From Octopus vulgaris (Eukaryota), in the NCBI GenBank assembly GCA_951406725.2, contig OX597826.1, positions 72,044,001-72,108,000 of the forward strand: 64,000 bases of DNA, given 5' to 3'. Below are positions 54,602 through 64,000 of this stretch, piece after piece; positions within the stretch are counted from its first letter, which is position 1, and the number at the start of each line of letters is the position of its first letter. The notes under the pieces were generated by a model. The model did not search any database. It had not been told where the DNA came from and saw only the letters and a program-made list of their open reading frames with translations. The translations under genes and the position numbers were made by a program.

Positions 54602-55799
54602 CGTGGGACGTTCAATAAGTAATGCTCCTGACCCACTTGCAGTTGTTTGATCTAGCTGAAATTTTGCATGTGCAATTATTTATATCTTTATAGATTAAGT
54701 GGCAAATTACAGCTCTGGATTAATTGTGGTTTCTGATTTACAGGTGTTTGAACTGAGTCAAGTGTGAAATGGAGCCTGTTGAGTGTCAAGCAGTGATCCG
54801 GTTTTTGCATTTGAAAGGACGCACACACCACGGGAGACTTTTGATGAAATGAAAGTAACTTATGGTGATGATGCCCCATCATATGACCTTATAAAACGCT
54901 GGCATCATGAATTCAAACTTGGTCGAAACTCTGTGGAAACAGCTCCCAGATCTGGTCACCCCCCTTCTGCCATTGATGAGCCATCTGTCCATCAAATTGA
55001 GGCTGCCATTTTGGAAGATCGACACATAATTATTTGCCAAATAGCCCATGAGGTCAAGATTAGTACCGGGTCTGTGAAAACTATCATTCATGACCATTTG
55101 CATATGCAAAAGATGTCTGCAAGATGGATTCCCAGGTTGCTCACACCTTTCCAGAAGCAACAATGTGTTGAGTGCTCGAGGATGAATTTGGAGATGTGCC
55201 AAGAAGATGAGTCAAAATGCAGTAGAAGCACCATGATTCACCTCCTCCAAAGAAGAGTGCAGCCCTCCGCTGGCAAGGTCATGCTCACAGTCTTCTGGGA
55301 CCAGGACGGAGTTGGGATGACAGATTTCCTGGCAAAGGGTACCACAATTACAGGAGCCGGAAATTAAGAGAAGCTATCAAAATCAAGAGGCGGGGTAAGA
55401 TCAGCAAAGGCATCCTCCTCCTGCAGGACAACGCTCCAGTCCACAACTCGCGTGTTGCCATATCAGAAGCACAGGCATGCGGCTATGAACTCCTCCCCCA
55501 TCCCCCCTACTCTCCTGACCTTGCACCCTCTGATTTTCACCTCTTCCCAGCCATGAAGTTGTTTTTGAAAGGAAAGTGTTTCCCAGATGATGCAGCCTTG
55601 ATTTCTGAAGTCACGTCGTGGTTGAAGGACCAAGCTGGGGTCTTCTACAAAAACGGTCTCCAGAGCTGCATCAAATGATGGGAGAAATGTGTAACTCTGG
55701 GTAGTTCCTATGTAGGAAAAGACTAATAACTGTGCCAAGTTTTGTTGTTCTACTGCTATGGGAAGTGGGTCAGGGGCATTACTTATTGAACGTCCCTCG
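54602..55799 (+). mobile_element. Mariner transposon (irritans-like), internally deleted, inserted in (TA)n
   Basis: TIRs CGTGGGACGTTCAATAAGTAATGCTCCTGACCCACTT/AAGTGGGTCAGGGGCATTACTTATTGAACGTCCCTCG with TA flanks; ATG 54769, WIPRLL, LLQDNAPVH, HPPYSPDLAPSDFHLF; the TxDE first-aspartate segment is missing. Confidence 0.95.
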
Positions 55800-55967
55800 T
55801 ATATATATATTTATATATATATATATATCAGTGTGTGTGTCTTTGTGTTTGTGTTTATCCCCATACCACTACTTGACAATCGGTGTTGGTGTGTTTACAT
55901 CCCTGTGACTTAGCAGATTGGTAAAAGAGACCAATAGAATAAGTACTGAGCTTCAAAAATAAGTACT

Positions 55968-56340
55968 GGGGTTGAATCCATCTAACAGTTCTTGAAATGT
56001 CTTGTCAATGGACTAACAAACAAATACAACTGAAAACAATACCTCCGCCTTCGCTAAGGTGGAAGTAACAATATATTAATTAAAACAAGAGCACTCAGAG
56101 AGCACAAACCTCCACCAAGGCAACACCAACGTTCTTTCAATGATTAGCCAGAGATGATTTTTAGAATGAGAATATCTGAAATAAACTCAACTGCTCTCAC
56201 AAACAAGAATACTAAAAAGGAACCCAACCACTCTCAAAAATTAAGTAAAAAACAAAAAACAGGAAAAATAATCCAGAATCTTGTCCGATGCCAGATAGAT
56301 CCCAAAATCTAATCAGTTCGTGCCAGTCATGAAGCCAAAA
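55968..56340 (-). mobile_element. Second copy of the HINE-like element including the tail-head junction
   Basis: Colinear with 9953-10325. Confidence 0.6.
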
Positions 56341-56699
56341 ATTCGGATGGTGCATTTTACATGCCACTGGAACAGGAGCCAGTCAGGTGGAACTGGCCAT
56401 AGCTATAATTTTGGTTTTATTTGATGCAACAGTTCTTCTCAAGCATATCATATCACCTAATGCATCAAGGGTACTCTTAAATGGGTCAGACATGCAACAC
56501 TGGCATCTTATTGTGTTTCTCAAACAGTGAGGATATCAGATATGCTACACTTTTACTGAGGGGCCTTGGTTTTACAGGGGTGGCCCAAAAGTAGGCTTAC
56601 AGTTATTCAACTATCTCTTTCACATTCATATATCAACTGTTTGGATCTTAATTATAAGAAAATACGAAACCATTATTCTATGCTAATTTAGTTAATTGT

Positions 56700-58050
56700 A
56701 AGAACTTGATGAGCTTTGTTCACTGATATTGGAAGCCAGATCTGTTCTTTATGTTTACATTTAATCCAAATTGGTTTGGAATTGCTGCAGAACTTGAGGT
56801 GCATAGAACCAGTCACACTTGATATCAGAGTATTCAGTTTGAAGTGGAGGCGCAATGGCCCAGTGGTTTGGGCAGCGGACTCGCGGTCGTAGGATCGCGG
56901 TTTCGATTCCCAGACCGGGCGTTGTGAGTGTTTATTGAGCGAAAACACCTAAAGCTCTACGAGGCTCCAGCAGGGGATGGTGGTGATCCCTGCTGTACTC
57001 TTTCACCACAACTTTCTCTCACTCTTACTTCCTGTTTCTGTTGTACCTGTATTTCAAAGGGCCGGCCTTGTCACTCTCTGTGTCACGCTCCTAGAGAACT
57101 ACGTTAAGGGTACACGTGTCTGTGGAGTGCTCAGCCACTTACACATTAATTTCATGAGCAGGCTGTTCCGTTGATCGGATCAACTGGAACCCTCGTCGTC
57201 GTAACCAACGGAGTGCTTCCATCCATTCAGTTTGATTCTGGAAGAGCTGCTAAAAGACATTATGAAGAACGTACTCGGAAAAGTACATTGAATTCCAGAT
57301 GAGAGGTCTTCCACATGCACACACAGATGCTGATAATCTTGGAACAAGATAAATCTCAAATAGCAAATGTTTTGATGTGTTTGTTTCTGCACAGTTTCCA
57401 CAGAATGATCAAGAATTGCTGGAAACCATATCAGGATGTAATTTACATGGTCTTTGCAGCAATCCCTATCTCAAAGAAGATTCCTAACACTTGTTGAGTA
57501 TGTGTAAGCATGAACAGATCAATCAGTTCTCATTGTTGTATTTACATGATTAGATGTGTTTAAGAAAAAAAAAAGTGGTTCCACAGCTCATTTAAGTCTT
57601 CATATTAGATTTCTATAAGACAAAAATTCTGTTTACAGCATATCAACAGCTAACTGACAAAAATTATCCAAGACTAAGGTTTCCTTTATTAGGATGAAGC
57701 CCCACATATGTTAAGATATATGTATGAAGCTGTTGATATCAAAATTCAAGGTCTTATGCAAAATGGTTTAACTTTTAGAGGCAAGATTATGGCATTTTTA
57801 TGATTTTTGGTGAACGCCTTCTATATTAAAAGAAAGAATGGCTATTACAATGAGCATAATTATGATGCATTCTTCATTTCAGAAAAGAAAAATAGTGCTA
57901 CAGCTTACCATGAATATGCAATCACTCAATCAAAAGCACTGTGGAAAAGCTTATTTTCTGTCTTGTATCAGTGAAAGAGGGAAACAACTAAACTCTGACT
58001 GAAAGATTGCGCTTCCGAATATGTTGAGGTTGTATTGAACTTTTAATAAT
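56700..58050 (+). pseudogene. Second fossil Helitron Rep domain, split by a SINE
   Basis: YWKPDLFFMFTFNPNW (56727), RVFSL[SINE]ILEELLKDI..GKV, IEFQMRGLPHAH (57287), DVFVSAQFP, HGLC. Confidence 0.8.
56843..57224 (+). mobile_element. tRNA-derived SINE with 11-bp TSD
   Basis: TSD ATTCAGTTTGA at 56832-56842 and 57225-57235. Confidence 0.92.
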
Positions 58051-58501
58051 GAAATAAACAGAAAGTGGATGAAAGAAGTCATGGTTTTAATTTATCATGA
58101 TGTGTTTATTGTTAAAAATATCGTATTGGACATGATGGTCCAATAGAGAACTATAGGGAAAAATAAGGAAAGTTCTTTCCATAAAATGGTGTAGTTTTGT
58201 GGTTACACTTGATAAAAGGTTGTAGTTAATATCATCTGAGTTAAATTGTGAGAATATGAACATGGGAGGGGGAGGAGAAAGAAACAGACAGATGCAGACA
58301 GAGAATTGTGAGTGTCATCTGCTTTAGTTTTTAGGTTTAAGTTAGTTGCAACATGGATAATTTGTGCCACTGAATCTCATTATTGGTAAGTCTTGTTGCT
58401 GAAACAACTGACACCCAAATAGTAGCTGACATAATGCTTGGTTGTGTTCATTTCTCCTCTCTTCCTGCTGCCTTGATGGAAAAGTTTATATAGGTTTGAC
58501 T

Positions 58502-58937
58502 GAACCTTGATTGGTCAGTTTAATGCTGACACCATCAATTCAATGTGCATTTGAAAAGTCATTGTGGTTAACCTTTTGTTCACTTCATCAGCTAATTTTA
58601 TGAGCATTTAGAAAACCTTAGTGGTCAGCTTTTGCTGATGTCATCAGCCAGTTTTATATTCCAGCTATTTCTCAAAAATGTCCAGACTGGAAACAATAAG
58701 TCCTGCCTCCAATTTTAGAGAGAGATCTGCTGCAAATTAAAGAGAAATGGTAAATCAAGCTTTTACCTGCCAAATTGGATCCTGCAAACTCCACAGAACA
58801 ATCAGTACTATTTCCTACCTTATGAGGATTTGGTTGATTACCATTTTTCACAGTTTTATTAAACCAATCAAAGGTCAGAAGAACAGTACATATCAGCCGG
58901 GAACTGGCCATATAAAGCAAAATACCCCCCTCCTTCT

Positions 58938-59018
<81 letters not shown>

Positions 59019-60594
59019 CAGTGGATTACAGCTGGAGCAATCAGTTTGCTTCTCTTTCTTGCAAAAGAACTCAACCAGAAAACAAATGGACTCATTACTC
59101 TCATTTCATCAGTCTCGGTGCAAGACACATTTTAGCTAAAATAATATCTCATTTTTCTATATCTCTGTTTTTCCAGGTCACACGCATTGATTTCATTTGT
59201 TTTTGCTTCAGCAACATTTTCTTCTAACATTACACACACACACAACAACACAAAAAGAACATCATTTCAAGAATGTAGGTATAATACTTCTTTCACAACA
59301 CATTTATTTCGAACTTCGTATTTTATTGATTAATAATTGTTGCATTTTTTTTCCCCCTCTAAATGAATTACTGTCTTATTCAAACCTGCACTTTTATGAA
59401 CTTTTAAATGTAAATGCATACAGCTTAACTATATTGAATTATCATACCACTTAGGCTGGTGAAGGTCTACTTCCTGGTGGCACAAAAAAAATAAGAACTT
59501 ACATACATCCAAATACACAAACACATACAAACACACACACACATACACACACACAAACACACACACAGGTGAGTATAATTATACATACTTACATATATAT
59601 ATTTAATATCATATAATTTTACATACATATATATATTTAATATCATATAATTTTACATACATATATATATTTAATATCATATAATTTTACATACATATAT
59701 ATATTTAATATCATATAATTATACATACATACATATTTAATAATGCATAACGTGCATTTCAAAGCTCCTATGCTGTTATTGGCTATCATATGCCATCATA
59801 CAGCAGGATACTTCTTTTACTGGATATACATGAGGAAATCCATTAGTGCACACAAAATTTGTATCAAAATTCATAAAACAAGATGGAATGAACATACTTT
59901 AATTACAAAAGTAGAAAAGTGTATGGGGAGCAGTAATACAGTGAGCAGGGCAGTGAGGGCAGGAAAGAGCACTGGAGTTTATGAAGATGAAATGTATATA
60001 TATAACATGAATTCAAGCCAAGTAATAATATTCTGAATGCATTTAATACGTATGTTTCAGATAATTGCACAATAGCTAAAAAGTGAATTTCATCTGTTAT
60101 GCAAGATCTTCTTCAGTCAAGACTTATCAAAACATGAATAACACTGTCATGCAAGTGATGTTTTTCATTTTCAGTCTTCCTTGAAAAACATGTCTGGCTA
60201 TGGGAAAATGTAACTTTTCCTCGGAAACAGATGAGAATTGGTGGAAACAATGGTGTCCTAGTTGCAGAAAATCAGCCTCAACAAACTCTGTTTGATCCTT
60301 GCAAGCATTGAAAAGTGGACATTAAAACACAATGATGGTTGTTGCTGTCTCTTGCAACAATATTTTTCCTATTTCTGATCGAGACAATGGCACTTGCGAA
60401 AGCACTGATTCCTGTAATAATGAACACAATGTATACAAGCATTGACTGATTCATAGTCAAGAACCTTGTTTGGTCAGTTTGATGCTGACACCATCAATTC
60501 AATGTGCATTTGAAAAGCCATAGTGGTTAACCTTTTGTTCACTTCATCAGTCAACTTTATGAGCATTTAGAAAACCTTAGTGGTCAGCTTTTGC
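58502..60594 (+). repeat. Dispersed 134-bp direct repeat pair (58502-58635 and 60461-60594)
   Basis: GAACCTTG.TTGGTCAGTTT.ATGCTGACACC...GTGGTCAGCTTTTGC; ungapped, few mismatches. Confidence 0.9.
59588..59742. repeat. 34-bp AT-rich tandem repeat, ~4.5 copies
   Basis: AATATC recurs at 59605, 59639, 59673, 59707. Confidence 0.92.
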
Positions 60595-61649
60595 ACCTGA
60601 GCACTGTATACAATAATTTCATTATTTTAATAAAATTTCTTAAAAAGCTGTGACTTTCCTGGAGTTTCATTCCATTCACACTTTGACCTTGATAAAAAGT
60701 AATATTGCTAAAACACTAAAAGAAGTTTAAATAAGGTAAATGGACTTTACAATAAAACAAGATTTGGAACAACCTATTTGCATGAATGCATGATTGAAGT
60801 TCATGTTGTTTCAAAAGGGAAAGCATTGTGCCAAAAATGAAACTGATACAAAAAAATAACAAAATAGTGAAAATGGAGAGCTTCTTGTAACGTAATAAGG
60901 AAGAAGTTTAATAACCATTATAATATTTCAGGTGCATGGCCTAGTGGTTTAGGGTGTTGCACACACAGTCACAAAATCATGGTTTCAATTCCTAGACCAG
61001 ATGGTGGTACATTGTGTTCTTGAGCAAAACACTTCATTTCATGTTGCTCAAGCCTACTCAACTGCAAATGGGTAACCCCAGAATGGATTGAGCTACAGCA
61101 ATGCGAGGAAGTGCATTGTGACCAGTGGTGTGTAACAACATCAGATTGTCTGGCTGATACTGTGACATGATGGTATATTCCAGGTGGAAAGCTGGCAGAA
61201 TCATTAGAGCGCTGGATGAAATGCTTAACGGTATTTCGTCTGCCACTACGTTCTGAGTTCAAATTCCACCAAGGTTAACTTTGCCTTTCATTCTTTTGGA
61301 GTCGATTAAATAAGTACCAGTTACACACTGGGCTCGATATAATCGACTTATTCCGTTTGTCTGTCCTTGTTTGTTTTTTCAGTGTTTAGCCCCTTGTGGG
61401 TAGTAAAGAAATAGGTATATTCCAGGCACAAAGATCCCTCATCAATGATGGTGAGAAATATATAAATGTTATTAAACTTTTTCTGTCTGCATTGTAAAAA
61501 GATCACCTTCTTCGTTCTTTTGCTATTTTAATTCTTTATTGCAATTCTTTAAGCAAGCTACAATACTTTTCTTAAACTAAGACTTTCTGACCCTGTTTTC
61601 TTAATTTTCCAAATGCAATTACAGCTTCTAGTTAAAATGACAGTCACAA

Positions 61650-62240
61650 TATCAGTGACAAATGGCAATATTTATATCCTATTTAACCTGGATGTATCAT
61701 TAGAATGCCAAATGCCAAATGCTGAAGTCTTTACCTTGAAAGATCCTCTCATACAGATGCATGGACATATATCATTAGCAGACAAGAACTGTCTGGCATT
61801 GTTGCAAGAAATGCCAGATCATGTGATTTCAGCTTACTGTGCTTCTTCAGTAAAAGGTATCCACATGCTGCATCCAGCCAAATCTCACTATAAACACTAT
61901 ATAAGATAACAGTGACATTTCAGTCACTGATGTCACAAAAAGACAGCAGGCTTATTAAAAAATTAAAAGTAGCAATGGAAGCACTATTAATAGGGAATAG
62001 CAATCTTTATATCCAACTCTATGTGGATGTATTATTACAATGCTGTAGACTGTGGTATTTACTTTGAGAGATCCTCTCATATAAACGTACAATGCTAAGA
62101 GCACAAACATATGTTAAAAGCAGATGAAAACCATTTAGCATGGGCACCAGAATTGCCAGATCACATTATTTCGGCATACTGCACTTCCTCAGTGACAGAT
62201 ATCTAGCTGCTGCGATATTCTCAAGGTAAATACCACAATA
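61650..62240 (+). pseudogene. Tandemly duplicated, diverged coding-like module of unknown identity
   Basis: VFTLKDPLI..ADKNCLALLQEMPDHVISAYCASSV vs VFTLRDPLI..ADENHLAWAPELPDHIISAYCTSSV; many third-position differences; second copy has stops. Confidence 0.5.
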
Positions 62241-62839
62241 TTGAATGTCCTATTCATACATCCCAGCTGTGTAGGATATAAAAATTGCTATTCAGTGTTA
62301 ATCCTGCTCCCTTCATTAATATTTATATTTTATTTTAACAAAAATTTCAGGATAGCCATTGAATTTGAAAGGGCCTGTTCTTTTTAAATGGTCTTTGTAC
62401 ATCAGTTTGCAAATGTAGTCCAGTTAGTTATTACACATCTGGGATGTTACATGCTTCGACACTTTCTCCAGTAGCAACTTGGTGTGTTCAGCTACCAGCC
62501 CAGGTTCTGCTGCTCATCAGGCTGAGAAGGGCAAACTGTCAAAGTATTGACCGTTCTCTAACAGGTTTATGGTTAAGCTTGTGGCCGCGAAGACATCTAG
62601 CATCCTCAGCATCCAGACTATATCTCTGTTCACTGCTATCAGAGTACAGATGGCTACTCACAAGTGCCATCTGTACTCTGTGCTACATCCCCTTCACCAC
62701 CCGCTAGGGCAGTGTTTCTCAGCCTTTCCACCTTTGCGTAACCCTTAAAATAAATTACGTGTCTCAAGGAACCCCAGCACAAAAATTATTATATACAATA
62801 TCTTTCTCATATTTTTTCATCGTAGTTCATGTGGTAAAT

Positions 62840-62907
<68 letters not shown>

Positions 62908-62931
62908 CATATATATAGACATATATATATA

Positions 62932-62976
<45 letters not shown>

Positions 62977-64000
62977 ACTTGTGAAGACCTGTTGAGGCAA
63001 GTGAGGATCAGAATCGAAATCGATCAATGGAAATTGCAGATGTGTTACCAGTGCCGGTGGCATGTCGAAACTCTACTTGTGAAGACCCGTTGAGGCAAGT
63101 GAGGATCAGAATGGAAATCGATCAATGGAAATTGCAGATGTGTTACCAGTGCCGGTGGCATGTCGAAACTCTACTTGTGAAGACCCGTTGAGGCAAGTGA
63201 GGATCAGAATGGAAATTGCAGATGTGTTACCAGTGCCGGTGGCATGTAAGAGAACCTTCCGTTTCGCGACCGTTGCCGGCACCGCCCCGTTTCGTGTCCG
63301 TTGGCAGCCTCGCCTGGCCCTTGTGCCGGTGGCACATAAAAAGCACCATCCGTTCGTGGCCGTTTGCCAGCTCTGTCTGGCACCTGTGCGGGTGGCACGT
63401 AAAAAGCACCCACTACACTCACGGAGTGCTTGGCGTTAGGAAGGGCATCCAGCCGTAGAAACACTGCCAGATTTGACTGGGCCTGATGAAGCCTTCTGGC
63501 TTCACAGACCCCAGTAGAACCGTCCAACCCATGCTAGCATGGAAAACGGACGCTAAACGACGATGATGATGATGATAATATATATATATATATATATATG
63601 TGGAGGCGCAATGGCCCAGTGGTTAGGGCAGCGGACTCACGGTCATGATTCCCAGACTGGGCGTTGTGAATGTTTATTGAGCGAAAACACCTAAAGCTCC
63701 ACGAGGCTCCGGCAGGGGATGGTGGTGATCCCTGCTGTACTCTTTCACCACAACTTTCTCTCACTGTTTCTGTTTCCTGTTTCTGTTGTACCTGTATTTC
63801 AAAGGGCCGGCCTTATCACTCTCTGTGTCACGCTGAATATCCCCAAGAACTGCGTTAAGGGTACACGTGTCTGTGGAGTGCTCAGCCACTTACACGTTAA
63901 TTTCACGAGCAAGCTGTTCCGTTGATCGGATCAACTGGAACCCTCGTCGCGTTAACCGACGGAGTGCTTCCATATATATATATATATATTTATATATATA

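Noticed and set aside
56573-56690. Tc1/mariner-like terminal sequence TACAGGGGTGGCCCAAAAGTAGG
   Set aside because: No matching opposite TIR or transposase motif found in the window
56844-56922. tRNA-Arg-like gene
   Set aside because: It is the head of a multi-copy SINE with a TSD; stems are imperfect

Overview
AT-rich, microsatellite-dense eukaryotic DNA. The repeat content (tRNA-derived SINE families, RTE LINE 3' ends, mariners) looks like an octopus/cephalopod genome; that assignment is from recall and was not searched. I found no intact protein-coding gene. Nearly all ORFs in the track are translations of simple repeats or of decayed mobile elements. The window holds three mariner relics, two fossil Helitron coding regions (Rep/Pif1 and Rep only), non-autonomous Helitron/Helentron-type elements, and hAT-type and TTAA (piggyBac-like) MITEs with recognisable target-site duplications (TSDs). 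It also holds a solo LTR, RTE and CR1/L2-group LINE fragments, Penelope-like pieces with hammerhead-ribozyme-like cores, and many SINEs. An almost TE-free, CpG-retaining block at ~38.5-43.7 kb looks like the 5' end of a minus-strand gene (ATG-G|GTAGGT at 39330). The most notable pattern is that four tandem arrays (10, 18, ~26 and 69 bp units) each trace to sequence inside a mobile element. A diverged, duplicated coding-like module of unknown identity lies at 61.6-62.2 kb. I cannot support a claim of a new biological system; the findings are hypotheses. Coordinates without stated TIR/TSD boundaries are approximate.
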